63,998 nt of DNA, filler included, from Dirinaria sp. TL-2023a (GCA_051941275.1; 3 parts of 3 records of this genome joined end to end with filler, not necessarily neighbours in it); one strand, 5' to 3'. Shown: positions 12,491-25,883, numbered from the whole stretch's first letter. Numbers and translations are program-made. Notes: a model not told the origin generated them from the sequence alone.

Positions 12491-14067
12491 CTACTCGTCT
12501 TCGTCCTCGTCAATAGGCTCCACTATCAAGTTTCCACTGCGTCCCAGAATGCTGCCTATGGTACCCCCGTCGGTACTGTAGACCTGCCGCGGTATCGGTG
12601 ATACGAGGCGAAATTTGTAGCAGTGTTCGTAATTTGCGGGGTTTGATGCTGTGGTCTTCTCTGATGGTTCAGAGCCGTGGCACTCGACGAATGCATACAA
12701 CTCCTCCATTGAAGTGCTCGCCTCAAATTTGCGGATGACCCGCTCGCCAGACGGCATACGAATACTAACCCTCGATGCACCCGCAACATGTGCTGCCGGT
12801 TCGGGCGGGATTGATTGTGCTCTCCACCTCCTCCACTGCTCTAGGTTTCGGTGTTCTTGCTCCGCGGCCTCTAATTTGACTTTCTCCTCCGTCTCTGCAC
12901 GTAGCCGAGCGGCTTCCGCTTCTCGCCTCTGCCTTGCACGTTCACGATCTTGAGCCAGCGATCGCTCGTATGCGGTGTTTTGCTCTTCGCGCAGATTGCG
13001 CGCAGCTTGCTGCTCGTTCCGTGTGCTTCTGACACGCTCGAGCGCACTAGACTGTCGGGATATCGCTGTTCGTAAGCGAGCAGCAAAGGCTGACGGTGGT
13101 AACGGACCACTGATACGAGCAATGGTAGACATGGATGTAGTGGAGTCTTGCGGCGTGTGAGATATTAGTGCCGCAAAGGGGAACTTAGTACAATTTAAAG
13201 CAGCAGAGACTTGATAGGCCTCGGAATCTTGGACGGTTCCACCCCACAATATAATATTATTCCGAGGATCGTCAATGTACCCTACAACCTCTTGCGATAA
13301 CAGTGTTTCTCGCACGAAGCTTGACGTTTCATCATGTTCTGGTGATATCAGAACTACCAATAGAAATTTCAAGTCTTTCTTCGCCAGATCATACGCCTGC
13401 GCGTATCCATCTTGATAGAATCTTAGATTGTGTGAGCCATACTCCTCCTCAAACTCTCGAGCAAATCTTATTGCATTATCCCGAGGGTTGAGTGGTCGCC
13501 GACCAGCGATATTTTGCCTTGACCTTGACTGAGGACTTCGATTCAATAGGCCCGATAGAAGTCTTGGTAAAAATGGAAAGAAACGTCCAATGAAGCTAAC
13601 TGAACCGGAAACCAGTCGATACAGGAGACTGAAAGGCGTAAACAAGATCGACAGAACCAAAGGTGATCGATATACTGTTTGATTTTCCGGTTGTGGCACT
13701 ATTCTTGGGGCAGGCTCACGGGCAGATGACCTAGCCAGCCGCCGGCGGGATGCGAATCCATTTTGGACAGTCTCACGGTGTGATCGCTGCGTAGGTGGAT
13801 TCGGGGCCTCCAACGAAGCGCGTGCTTCTTGGAGCGGATCCGGGGCCTCCCCATCAAAAAACTTTGCAATGGCAATCTAGGTCAATGTTAGCTGTATCTG
13901 ATCAAGAGGGACCCATAGCAATGACCTCGTACCTGTATATTCCACTCAGACCTGCGAAGCAAAGGGATAGCAGCAGAAGGTTCCTGGTTTGTCACCGAGG
14001 TATAGGTGCCGAGGGCAAGCTGTTGACTCTCGCTCAACTGAGCTGGATCGATAGTCGAATCGGCCAT
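12491..14067 (-). CDS. UBX domain protein (UBA-like, UAS/thioredoxin-like, coiled coil, UBX), FAF2/Ubx2-Ubx3-like Cdc48 cofactor
   Basis: Exon 1 has the UBA-like ...AIPLLRRSEWNIQ|IAIAKFFDG. The UAS region is GYAQAYDLAKKDLKFLLVVL and the UBX region is RVSIRMPSGERVIRKF...FRLVSPIPR. One intron. Confidence 0.9.
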
Positions 14068-14654
14068 GACTCTGCAACACGGAATCCGCCTCAGGATTTT
14101 GAAGCCTTAATCAGATCAGCCATACTTTTGAATCGATACCATTTCCGAAGATGCTCCAAGATGTCGAGTGCTTAAAGTGTTGGGGATATGGTTGAGGCAG
14201 CAACACAAGTAATTGTCCCATTAAATCCAATGCGACTTTCTCCGAAGTTTGGCCGCGGAGTATCATATCTAAGTACAGTACATTTATCGATAGCGACATT
14301 CGAACACATCCTCAGTCCCCACAAGGCTTCTCGTTCTTTGTCGCAAACTCCATAATTGTTCCACCCTGTTCGCCCCTGCTGCAATCGCCAAGCAATTGCA
14401 CTTCCTGCTCAGCCATTCGTCCCCCCCTACCCTCGTCACTGAGCTAAATGTGCTAGGCCCTGGCCGCTCCTAAATGAACGAACTACCCTAAGACGATTTC
14501 CCCTGAACAAGCAAAACTCGAGGGACCGGTCTAAAAACATTCAATGGATCATGCGCATCTAAGGCATACCAAGTAAGAGCGTTCTAAGGAACCTTGCTTT
14601 GCGAGAAATATCGATAAGAGCAGGCATGATGCGGTATAGAGTGTGAACATAAGC

Positions 14655-17463
14655 ATGGCTACAATTCAAGGGAGTGTGGAGGATACTCGGCGGAGTGGCT
14701 TGTCTCCCAGACCCAAAGCTCGTGGTAAGAGCAGGACTCATATACCTCGGAAGGCGTTTTCGAGGATGGGAATGGAACGTGAAGGCAGAATTCAGAGCTA
14801 ATAGGGATCTTGAGGACAGAAAGCGCCAAAGACACACTTTGCCGAAATGTTACTATATATGGGCATTGTCGGTACGAAGAGAAAGGTATGAGGTCGATGG
14901 CCCTCAAGGAGCAATCGTTGATGGTTTGTGAAGGGTGTGCCTTCAACCATGATCCGAGTAAAGTCCCTACTGGTAACACCCAGCAAGAGAGGTCATTCTT
15001 CCCCGTTTTTTACATACGCACGGGCTTACCGCTTTTACAGCGCAAAGAGGAGATTCAATGTCGACTCACCAAGTTTCACACCCTCATCTCTGTCTGTAAA
15101 CAATCCCAACCCAAAGCCACTAGGACTTTCCCCCAAAGCTGCGAGTGCTGCGCCTTTCCGGCCCAAAAACCCGACCCCAGGTAAGCTTGTTGAAACATTC
15201 TAGCCAAGACTGAGCCCTGAAGAAGCCAGGAATAATGCCCAAATCGTCTACTCCTATCAAACAGTACAATCCAAATGCTCCGGACTGGATAGCAGCGGCA
15301 ACACAAGCTAGCGAGGTCCCGGATTTTGTACCTTCAGGTCTTGGTACCATTGATACCGTGAGTAAGAGCATGCGAGTTCATTTCTCTCCGCATATTTGCC
15401 TTGTTCCCATTTCTTACTAAGCGAACACTTGTATCATGGAGCAACGCTGTGAATAAAACCATGTACGTTAAGACCTCTCCATCAGGTTGTTACAAGTTCT
15501 TCCTCATACATCACATACTCCGATGATCAAGCATACTCACGCGGCTGTTTCTACTTGAAACGTAAGCCACAGCCAGCCATTACAAGAATGCTTTGCATTA
15601 GAGTAGTGTGAGTCTGAGGGCCTCAAAAGACGAATCTTGTTTATACCGTAGCTTCCTTCACTCTGAAACAGTATACCCTAATGGATCGATTCATAAAACG
15701 CGTCAGAAGAGCACCTTAGCATCATTCTCGGCACGAACATATCTTGCAGCTACTTTGAGATATAGCGAAGCTTGATCCGCTAACTCAACCATGGCACAGA
15801 TAGAGCACACTCTAGATCTGGCCCAAGCAACCCCTTACGAGCCCTTTGGAAATGCCGCGCAAACCAACCCAGGCCACTCAAACCATTCGACACAGATCAA
15901 TCCGTATGTCCAGGAATCGAACGGCTACGGTCGGTCACCATATTTCCAAGGGCAGAGTAATTATACGCAGCCTGTGAGCTTCCTCTTTCCTCTTGAACTT
16001 CGTCATGTGTGCTGATTCATCACGAAGTTACAGCACCACCTTTATGCTGCTTGGGGACCTCATCGGGAGAACTTACAGCTAAATCAACGAGCAGCTCAAG
16101 ACTTCTTTATACCAGAGGATCTAAGGCAACAGCTGCAGAAAAAGACGGAGGCAACCATGAGGTCCTTTTCTGGTACAAATGCTACACGAATAATTTGATG
16201 CGAAGTTAACGTAACGACAAGGTATTCAGCTACCCGACGTTGAACAATTCCACAGCCTGGTCTCATTGGACATGCCGACTGCTAGGAGCGAAAACCTGCT
16301 AGGGTACCCGAGTTGGCTTTACAAAGCCGTTTCGAGCCTTGATGGAAACGTGTACTGTTTGAGAAGACTCGAAGGTATGAGATCGACATTGCACACGTCC
16401 TGATCCAGAGCTCACGATCGGATCAGGTTTTGTTTCAACCAACCAGACACATCATGATGTTAAATCCGTTGCACAGAATTGGAAGCGAGTTCGCAACGGC
16501 AGCGTGGTAACTGTCCACCTAGCCTTCGCCAATTCGCGTTTTGGAACTCCTTCACTATTCTTCGTTACCGACTATCATCCGCTCGCGGAGACTCTGGCTG
16601 CAAAGCATTTTAACCCACAAAATCGCTACTCATCGCGCCACAATAGCCCACCGGTTCCTGAGCAAACCCTTTGGAGCTACATTGTGCAGATCAGCAACGC
16701 TCTGAAAGCAGTTCATGAAGCCAACCTTGCCGCAAAAGTCGTGGATCCTACCAAAGTCATTCTTACCAGCGAAAACCGTCTCCGCCTGAGCGGGTGCGGG
16801 ATTCTGGACGTTGTCCAAGGCCAGGGCCCCCTAAACCTATCGGCCCAAAAGAGCCACGATCTCTATCTCTTCGGCAACCTGATTCTGGCTCTCGGCACCA
16901 ACAACGCGTCAAATACGCAATTCAAAGCCAACCAGCCTAAAGCGCTGGAACTGTTCCGCCGCTTCTACTCTCCCCGCCTGTCTACCTCTGTTACATGGCT
17001 GCTCGACCATGCAAACAGTAATACCGAACCTCTCGAGACTTTCCTATCGACCATCTCAGCAGAGGCTATCTCCTTCTTCGATTCTTCGATCACCGCTAAT
17101 GACACCATGGTCAGCCACCTCAATCGCGAGCTCGAGAACTCGCGCCTTGTACGCCTCATGACCAAGATCGACACCATCCTTGGCCGTCCAGAATATGAGC
17201 ACGATCGCAATTGGAGCGAGCAAGGGAGGTATTATCCCCTCACATTGGTGCGCGACTACATCTTCCACCCGGTGGACTCGCATGGGCGCGGCATTATTGA
17301 CCTGGGACATGTGATTGGGTGCCTGAATAAGCTGGATGTAGGGCTGGAGGAAAAATTTGTGCTCGTGAGCAGAGACGAGCAAAGCACACTTACGATTAGT
17401 TGGAGGGAGGCTCGGGTGTTGGTGGAGGGGGCATGGACGGATCTGAGGAGGAGGAACCTCTAG
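14655..17463 (+). CDS. PAN3: PAN2-PAN3 deadenylase subunit Pan3 (CCCH finger, PAM2-like motif, pseudokinase, C-terminal knob), multi-exon
   Basis: CRNVTIYGHCRYE..GCAFNHD zinc finger, KRRFNVDSPSFTP, pseudokinase region FHSLVSLD...YKAVSSLDGNVYCLRRL, and RELENSRLVRLMTK...CLNKLDVG..EK..LVSRDEQS. Confidence 0.95.
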
Positions 17464-18087
17464 GGTGCGTGGCGGGCGGTGTCACTCACTTGGAAAGAAG
17501 CGAATGAAAAGGAGACCGGCCCTGGGTCGCAAACGAGATGGATATGGAATCGGTCTTGGGGATCGAAGTTGTGGATAGATGATTAGAGGAGCCATCCTCC
17601 ACGGTGGAAATTGACCCGTCAAAAAGCATGTAGCAAACAAAAAAAAAAAAAACAAGCTTGCTGTGCCCTGCCAATCTCCCACGATCCCTAATTTGCTTCA
17701 GCATGGTGAGTGTATGAAGTCGAGCATGTGAAGTCTTCAGTCGTCAAGGTGCGTACGATGACACATGAGGCGTGTGCAGGTATCTTAAGGTAGGCGTCTG
17801 GAATATGATACCTTACCTAATGGATGATAGCACTGCTTCCAAAGCCTACCTAGTATCGGAAGTACTCGTACCTTACCTAAGGTACACTGTACTTATGTAA
17901 GGTGAGGTACGAGTACGGTAGCTTAGACTTCTAAAGTAGACTAGGTAAGTATGATATCATACTTAAGTACTCGTACCCATAGATGAGTATGCATTCCATG
18001 CATTCCCCATTTCAAAGCTATGCAGCTTTCCTTTCAACGCGTATACTTTGCTCGCTCCTGTTGAGGTCAACTGCCTGAGCAATCGCC

Positions 18088-21000
18088 ATGTCTGAGAAGG
18101 GAACTGAGAGGTACGTGTCTCCACTGACCCAATCTACACGGCTGGGTAAGGTAGTATCAAAGGTATACCATACTCTAACTTATTTTTACCAATAGCCACA
18201 AACGCTCCAAGTCCGCGCTTGCCCTTTCCTTGCTGCATCGTGACAAATCCAGGGCTGATGCTGCCGGAGACGACAGAAGTGCCACAGCATCCGATGCTGA
18301 TTCGGACTCTGGTTCTCCTGTCAGCACCTCCCAGCAGCGTAGCTTTGGCAGCCTCCGACCTTCCCGTAACAAGCAGCAGATCAGCAATGCGACACTCGAT
18401 TCTGCCGTAATGCAAACACCAATTACTGCCACACGGGCCCAAAGCCGAGATAATGGCCTGAAGTCTCAAGGTGTCGGAGAAACAATCGAGCAATCTGTAA
18501 GGAAGTTCAAGCTATTTGAAATCCTTAGAAGCGGAGATGCCGCTCTGGTAGCCAACGCCGTCAAAGAGACCTCGGAGCTTGCAAACGTCGACGAAGGTGG
18601 GGAACCATCAGGCACAGGCTCCAACCCTTGCGCCGTTTTGGAGGGGACTACAATACTCCATCTGGCTATTCAGTGTGCCGATCCTCACGTGGTTGAGCAG
18701 ATCCTTTCCGTATCACAATCTACTCCAGGAGTAACCGTTGACATTAATGCTCAAGATCGCGAAGGAAATACTCCATTACATCTCGCTTCGACGCTTGGCC
18801 GTTCGTCTACAGTCCGTTTGCTGCTTGAGCAACCGAACATCAACGATGCCATACTCAATTATCGCGGTCGCTCTCCCTTGGATCTCGCCCGTACGCCAGA
18901 CATCTTTCAACAATTGCAACTCTTCCGCTCTTTATACGTCGATGCAAAGGTCAAGGAGGTGCAGGCTCTAGTTACCGGAGGGAGCTATGATGAGCTTGAA
19001 AAGATTCTGGTTGATCCGCGAGTTGAGAGCGTGCTGGACGTCAATGGTGGGGAGCTGGCTATGGAGCCAAACACGGTTCAAACCGGAGGAACACTGCTCC
19101 ACGAAGCAGCTCGCAACAAAGACCTTAAGCTTATACAGTTATTGCTGATGCACGGAGCAGATCCCTTTCGACGAGACCGAAAAGGAAAACTACCTCAGGA
19201 CGTTACGAAAGATGACAAAACGCGCAATATCCTTAAGCGATCTCCAGCTGCTGCAGTTGCACAACGTGGAATTCAAGAGAAGGCAGTGTTAGGGGCCAAT
19301 GTATTGCCGAGCGGGGAAAGCGTACCAGGCGGCAAAGAAGCTCGAGAGATGAAAGGATACTTGAAGAAATGGACTAATTACACAAGCGGGTATAAATTGA
19401 GATGGTTTGTTCTGGAAGACGGTGTCCTTAGTTACTACAAGCACCAGGACGATGCAGGGTCGGCGTGCCGTGGCGCAATCAATATGAAAATCACCAAGCT
19501 CCACATGGATCCTCAAGATAAGACCAGATTCGAGATCCAGGGCAAGTCTTCGGTTAAATATCATCTCAAGGCAAATCACGCAGTAGAAGCAAGCCGATGG
19601 GTCTGGACGTTGAACAACGCTATTCAATGGGCCAAAGACGAGGCCAAGGAAGAAGAAAGACAGAGGCAGCAAATGACAGATCGTATGCGTAAAGCGAAGC
19701 TTGGAGAGACTACTGAGAGCAAACTTTCAGGCAAAGGCCTCGCTCCTGCTTCTTCCGCTGGCATCTCGTTATCCGGAACCACTTCTCAAGTGTCCTTTCA
19801 AGAGTATGTTGGAGGACCGCCGAGCGCACTCGGTGACGACGAGGGTTCCATTAAATCCTACGAAGGCAGTATCACCGCCGCTGAAGTCACTCGTTCAACT
19901 AAAGACGCAAATCCCACAGCAATCGCAGGAGATTATGATGAGGATGAAGAATATGGTGACGATGCGAGCAGTCACGATGTGCAGCCTGCTAGCAAAGACG
20001 CCTTTAATATAACTGCCCATTCCGCCGGCCTGCAGCTAAATCTGTTGGCACAGGTCTCCGCAGCTTTGCAAGCGGAGAGCTCCACAGGATCTTCGACCCC
20101 CATCTCTGATCCTACCATAGTACAGGCTATCGCTACCTACAAGTCTGCTGTCCGAAGTTTGCAGGAGCTTGTTGGGGACTTGCTCAAGATCGCACGCGAT
20201 CGAGATGCATATTGGCAGTACAGACTCGACCGCGAAGCTGATGTTCGTCGAATGTGGGAGGATAGTATGGCAAAGGTAGCCCAGGAGCAAGAAGAGCTCG
20301 AAGGCAGAATCGGCGAATCTGAGGACAAGCGTAAGCGAACCAAGAGAGCTCTTCGCGAGGCGCTGGAGGGGACTTCGGCACCGCCGAGTCAGCCGAGCAG
20401 CCAACGAGCGTCCCAGGATAATATCCAGATCGAGGACGCTACGCAAAGATTGCAAGGGACGGGCGAGTCCAAGTTTCCTCCAAGGAAGAAGTCCATTGGG
20501 ATTCGCGATGCCGGCAGACGGAGGCCAACCATTGCAGATCTAACAAATCTTTCCGACTCAGACTCGGAAGAAGACGAAGAGTTCTTCGATGCGGTGGACG
20601 CAGGGGAGGTGGAGGTTGGGGAAATGCCACCAGCACTGCCGAGCCCGCCTGCCGTGTCCAAGAAGCAAGATCAAAGGCCGGAGGACTTGCGCGAGATCAA
20701 GAAAGCGGAGATATTACCATCTTTCAAGGGCTACGAAGGCCCCGTGCGAACACGATTAGGACTTGATGCAGACAATCGCCCGAAGATCTCGCTATGGGTA
20801 CTTGATTGTCCCCTACACCATGTTTCGGCGGCTAATCAGATCTAGGGCATACTCAAATCAATGATTGGGAAAGATATGACAAAGATGACATTGCCTGTCT
20901 CCTTCAACGAACCAACCTCACTTCTTCAACGGGTCACAGAAGACATGGAGTATACTGAGCTTCTTGACGTAGCAGCTGACCGAACAGATTCGACCGAGCG

Positions 21001-21753
21001 CATGCTCTACGTTGCGGCCTTCGCAGCAAGCGAATACGCTTCCACGATCGGCCGCGTCGCGAAGCCATTCAATCCTTTGCTGGGGGAGACTTACGAATAT
21101 GTCCGGCCCGACAAAGGTTACCGCTTTTTCGTCGAGCAAGTCAGCCACCATCCACCTATCGGCGCGGCGTGGGCCGAGTCACCTAAATGGGATTACTTCG
21201 TAGGCCTAGTTCCCATTATCTCGACTTCTCGCACTCTTTTTTTCGAAACCGCTCGCTGACCTGAGCTATCCAGGGCGAATCAGCAGTGAAGTCCAAATTC
21301 TACGGCAAATCGTTCGACATCAACCCGCTTGGGACCTGGTTTCTCCGGCTGCGCCCCTCAACCGGCGGTACCGAATTATACACCTGGAAAAAGGTGACGT
21401 CTTCCGTTATCGGCATCATCACCGGCAACCCGACGGTGGACAACTACGGACTCATGGAGATCAAAAATCACACCACGGGCGAAGTCTGCCACCTCGACTT
21501 CAAGCCGCGCGGCTGGAAAGCCAGCTCGGCCTACCAAGTGAGCGGCAAAGTCCTCGGCGCTGACGGCAAAACGCGCTGGAGCATCGGCGGCCGCTGGAAC
21601 GACAAAATCTACGCACGCTTGACCCCAGGATTCGAAGCCGAAGTCCTCGCCCCAGCGGCGGCCGCCGCGAAACCAGGTGGAGGGAGAACCGATACGAACA
21701 GCAGTAACCAAGCCTTCCTGGTCTGGGAAGCGCACCCCCGCCCCCCCAACATC
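18088..21753 (+). CDS. OSH1: Oxysterol-binding protein Osh1/Osh2-type (ankyrin repeats, PH, FFAT, ORD); 3' end lost in assembly gap
   Basis: Ankyrin repeats (GNTPLHLAS), PH domain ([20 protein letters not shown]), FFAT (EEFFDAVD) and ORD signature EQVSHHPP. The frame is open up to the N-run. Confidence 0.93.
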
Positions 21754-21853
21754 NNNNNNNNNNNNNNNNNNNNNNNNNNNNNNNNNNNNNNNNNNNNTTA
21801 ATTAATTAANNNNNNNNNNNNNNNNNNNNNNNNNNNNNNNNNNNNNNNNNNNN
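21754..21853. other. Assembly gap with artificial six-frame-stop linker TTAATTAATTAA
   Basis: 44 N + TTAATTAATTAA (21798-21809) + 44 N. Confidence 0.98.
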
Positions 21854-22550
21854 TTCTTTATTGAAGAAGACAGATTAGGTGAGCTGGAGCAAGGGGTAAC
21901 AAAGACGATAGGCCGAACAGCGGTGACAGATGTGGGCGCAGTCGAGCAGAACATGAGTGAGGATATCTTCGATGATTTCCGAGGCAAGTTCGGCTTTTAA
22001 TCTCCTAAAGCTGTGAAAATGGGCCAACTCGCTCTCTCATATCATAGCTTTCTCTACTACCATATTCCAATACCGGCCAGGTGAGAAGGTTTCGAACACT
22101 AAGATACTGGTGCACGGTTTGGACATCAAAGTCTTGTGTATCTTTTCCTTCGACTGATGCTTTCAATCCCAATCTAATTAACGATCACAATTGAGCGCGA
22201 GTCGTAAAGTTGGCTTTTCGCTCATGTTTGCCGTCAGGTTGCTGGTCACTAGGGAAATGTAGTGGACTTGATCATCTAAGTCACGTACTTGGCAGTAACG
22301 AACAACGCGACCTTCGCAGAGCTTACAAGCGAACACGATCCCTAGATCTAAATATCCTTTAGCACATTTTCTATACTCGAGGCTTGCAATCAGCGTGTGG
22401 ATCACCATAACTTGGGCAGAAGTCGGTCGGAAGCGCAATTTCGGCAGAATCGTTCTTTCTAAGGAACCATACAGTTTCTGATCGACAACATTTAGCAATT
22501 GAAAGACCTCTGATATTGAACTACGAATTTCCCAGAACCCTTGGTCCGGT

Positions 22551-25500
22551 TTAATCAATACATATCGATGGCAACGGTGATTCATGGGCTCTCAGGCCAT
22601 CCTTAGAGTACTCTTGACTCAAACATTCCAAACAAAATGCTCTGGGCCCTAGTATCCCGATGCTGTGGCCCTGTCCCTTTTGGCATAGGATGCTGACCGC
22701 AGCAAGGCGCGCCGCCCAATTGTCGTGAGCACGGAAAATTCCTACAGCTTCTGGACCGTCCAGAAGCTCCTCCCAATTGTCGATCGACGTATAGTCGTGC
22801 TCCGGTTGCCTTCGTCCGTGCACTGTGCATTCCCCGTTGGATTCGAGTTTTACCAATTCGTGGAAATCTATGCAGAGAATGTCTAGGTCCGCCACCCACC
22901 GCCCGGAATCTAGTACGGAGATAACGGATTCGATAAAATAAGCATCTTGGTCGATTGTCCTTGATGCGGCACCTGGACTTTCAAGAGGGATTTTCCAGTC
23001 AGTGAAGGAAAGATGCAAAGAAGTGGCGACGAAGTTGTTCTCTCGCTTTCCATCGTACGTGAAGTGATTGACAACATTGTACTCGTTCGCAGGGGCGCGT
23101 ATTCGAGGACTGATCGGCGCAATCAGTATCGAAATGCCCGGTCGACCAATATTCCCAATTATGCGTTTCACGTGCGCGTTATCAACGCTGTCAAATGGGT
23201 CAGACACGACTTCGCTGATAACGAAGATAGAATTTCCTGAAGCAATTGCTAGCGTTTCGCCAAAGTCTTCAGGAGGAATGTATAGAGTTCCGCTCTCAAA
23301 ATGAGCGATGCAACTGAGAGCATTTTCTCTCGGCATCCTTTGAGGTATAAGCGCTGGAAAAAGCTGACCGCCTACTTCTTCCAGTCTAAAGTGGGCTTTT
23401 CTCAAGCTGGGATCGAGCCAAGGGGCTTCGTCCAGAGAAGAGGCCACGACTTTCAACGAAATGGTTGCTCCATCTAGCTGGCGGTACACCTGAGTAGCAA
23501 AGCCAAGTGCACGTAAGGCATTCGCACGTCGACTACTACCCTGATATTCTCTTGCAATCTCTCGCACATAGTCTATATTCCAATCATCGGGGTCATCCTG
23601 TCGAGTCAAGGCTAATCCATGTGAAGACATCTTCACTTGATGTATCGTATAAGATAGAGTGGGACTTTGGTCGCTTCGTTTCGATGTACGGCGTTTGGGT
23701 TCAGTTGCAGGGTTTTGCTTATGACGATCCGCATAATGTTCGTAAGGTATTTGGAAACAACCATCTCTGTGTTCTTCCATCGTCGGGTGAACAACATATT
23801 GGAGATACGCTGCGAGAATCTTTGGCTTAATCTTCGCCACGCGAAGCTGCTGAGAAGATGTGCCTGCCTTCCATCGGTCGATCTCGTATGGTTCTGCACT
23901 TAGTTTGCGGAAGAGACTGAAGTGACCGACCTTGTTCACCAACCAGAATATGCAGTCTGTTACTCTGTGCGGAGGTCTCTTGTCTGCAGCGTCCGGGCAT
24001 TCATTTGGCAGCGTAGGTCTTCCACAGCAGGACGACCCCGCACATATTTTGCAGCTCTGTGCTGACTCGGCATTATGCGGTTCACTGAAGAGTGCCGGTG
24101 CGTTTGGCCAATTTAGAATTTTCTGCTCTCCTTCCATCCATGGCGGATTAACGTCAGCAAAGCGACGTGCCCTTTTTTCAGGAAAGGTTTCCCATTCATG
24201 AAGCGACGCTAGACGTGGTCCACCGTCTATGTGTGATGGCAGTGCCTCGCTATTTGCAGTTGAGCTTTTTCGTGACTTGTCAGTGACATATCGCCATGTC
24301 ACGTGGACATCTTCACTTAATACCTCCCCGTCCAAGTCTCGCTTTCTCGATGCGCATGAGTGAGCCACAGCTGTCGTGAACTCGCATAAAAACCAAGGAG
24401 AAGCTGCCAGTGGCTTAGCTTCGATGACTATCACTGCGTCACCGGGACGGAAACGATAATCTTCAGCTAAAGTCCGCAAGTAAACGAGCCCACGCATTTC
24501 ATTGTCTTCTTCGGATAAAGCTGCTAACACAGGCGTATAAGCCAGCCCAAAAAACGGCTCCAACTTCCTCTCGGACACGCCAAAGAAGCGCTTCGCTCGC
24601 CTTTGACCGTAACCAAGTAATTGAAGCGCTTCTTGTCTCTCATCAATTCTTGGGGATACTACTTGAGAAGCGGCATGCGCGAGATCCTGGAGCCAATCGA
24701 GTCCTTCTACTGTTTTCAAAGAGCAAACCTCACCATTCACAGACACAAGACCCCATAAATCCACCAACCATTGCGCTGCTGCGGACAAATCACGTTGGCT
24801 GACATCCCAGTGACTAAACAAGCTGCCCAAAGCAACAATATGTAATTGATCGATGTTCACTCGAGAAAGATCTGTATGACTTCTGACAGTGATCGGGTCA
24901 CCGTAGTACCGCAGATGGGAAAGGGCAAGTGACCAGCTTGTACCTTCGAAGGATGAATCCGATCGCGGTCCAAGAGCTATTGTGCCAACACCTCCTGGGT
25001 TCACGCAAAGATCTTCAAAAGGAACCTTGATAGCGTCCTTTCCGAGTACAATCAGATCGGGGTATACATGCCACGCTGAAAACGCAAGCAGGACAGCGCG
25101 GCTGGAAATTATTTGTGCCCTACCACATAAAAGGTTTTCAAGCCCGGACATGGCATGTCTCCAGGCGTCAATGACTTTTGAGTAGGTAGAAGCGCCGCCG
25201 TCAAATGGTAGCTGCACATTTTTGACAACGAGCATCAGCTGGGTCTGTTCTTTGATCTTAGCTTGGTCAGCGCTTTGGAGCCATGCCCGCGCACTTGCGT
25301 CCCAACAGGCGAGATCACTCCTTTCGATATCCTGAAAGATGCTGAAACGGCTTGATTCAGAGACGGTGTGGCAGTTTTCGAGCCCATATTCGATCTCTTT
25401 TCGTCTCTGCTCTACAAGCTCAACCCAAATGGAAGTTGCCTCCTTTGCATCCCACGCTCTCGCCAAAAGGCAGGCAAGAAGATATACACCCAGCGCTGGA

Positions 25501-25883
25501 ATGCCTGAAGTGGCTGCAGCCCATATTGCTGTCCCGTCGACTCCGACGAAAGATTCGAATGGTCCATCTTTGGGAGTTCCGACGGGGTTGATTGCGTTCA
25601 TCTGGATGATTTCGGAAGACCTCAAGCCATATGCCTTAATCAGCTCTGGTGTTGACGGGACAAGTTGCTCGAACAGAGCTGAGAGCTTTCGGGCTGTCTT
25701 ATGCTGAGGCCCATCTTCAGCTTCCACCTTCCTCCGCTTAGAGAGAGCGTTTCCAAGGCCTGAAAACTCGGTTGGAGCCTCGACCTTCAACAGGGAAAAA
25801 TCAAACTTGAGGTTAGCTAGCGCCAATGTGTTCTCATTGGCAGCAGAGAACAGGTTTGCTCTCATCTTACTTAGGGCTGACAT
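22551..25883 (-). CDS. Large single-exon hypothetical protein (1110 aa), function unknown
   Basis: Uninterrupted 3.3 kb ORF with protein-like N- and C-terminal blocks (ALANLKFDFSLLKVEAP...; WVADLDIL...IDNWEELLD...RAHDNWAARLAA...CLEC). I recognise no named domain. Confidence 0.85.
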   Translation of the reverse strand: MSALSKMRANLFSAANENTLALANLKFDFSLLKVEAPTEFSGLGNALSKRRKVEAEDGPQHKTARKLSALFEQLVPSTPELIKAYGLRSSEIIQMNAINPVGTPKDGPFESFVGVDGTAIWAAATSGIPALGVYLLACLLARAWDAKEATSIWVELVEQRRKEIEYGLENCHTVSESSRFSIFQDIERSDLACWDASARAWLQSADQAKIKEQTQLMLVVKNVQLPFDGGASTYSKVIDAWRHAMSGLENLLCGRAQIISSRAVLLAFSAWHVYPDLIVLGKDAIKVPFEDLCVNPGGVGTIALGPRSDSSFEGTSWSLALSHLRYYGDPITVRSHTDLSRVNIDQLHIVALGSLFSHWDVSQRDLSAAAQWLVDLWGLVSVNGEVCSLKTVEGLDWLQDLAHAASQVVSPRIDERQEALQLLGYGQRRAKRFFGVSERKLEPFFGLAYTPVLAALSEEDNEMRGLVYLRTLAEDYRFRPGDAVIVIEAKPLAASPWFLCEFTTAVAHSCASRKRDLDGEVLSEDVHVTWRYVTDKSRKSSTANSEALPSHIDGGPRLASLHEWETFPEKRARRFADVNPPWMEGEQKILNWPNAPALFSEPHNAESAQSCKICAGSSCCGRPTLPNECPDAADKRPPHRVTDCIFWLVNKVGHFSLFRKLSAEPYEIDRWKAGTSSQQLRVAKIKPKILAAYLQYVVHPTMEEHRDGCFQIPYEHYADRHKQNPATEPKRRTSKRSDQSPTLSYTIHQVKMSSHGLALTRQDDPDDWNIDYVREIAREYQGSSRRANALRALGFATQVYRQLDGATISLKVVASSLDEAPWLDPSLRKAHFRLEEVGGQLFPALIPQRMPRENALSCIAHFESGTLYIPPEDFGETLAIASGNSIFVISEVVSDPFDSVDNAHVKRIIGNIGRPGISILIAPISPRIRAPANEYNVVNHFTYDGKRENNFVATSLHLSFTDWKIPLESPGAASRTIDQDAYFIESVISVLDSGRWVADLDILCIDFHELVKLESNGECTVHGRRQPEHDYTSIDNWEELLDGPEAVGIFRAHDNWAARLAAVSILCQKGQGHSIGILGPRAFCLECLSQEYSKDGLRAHESPLPSICID

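Noticed and set aside
21798..21809. TTAATTAATTAA palindrome as a biological motif
   Set aside because: It is a synthetic six-frame stop linker embedded in N-runs and recurs identically at 43510-43521.
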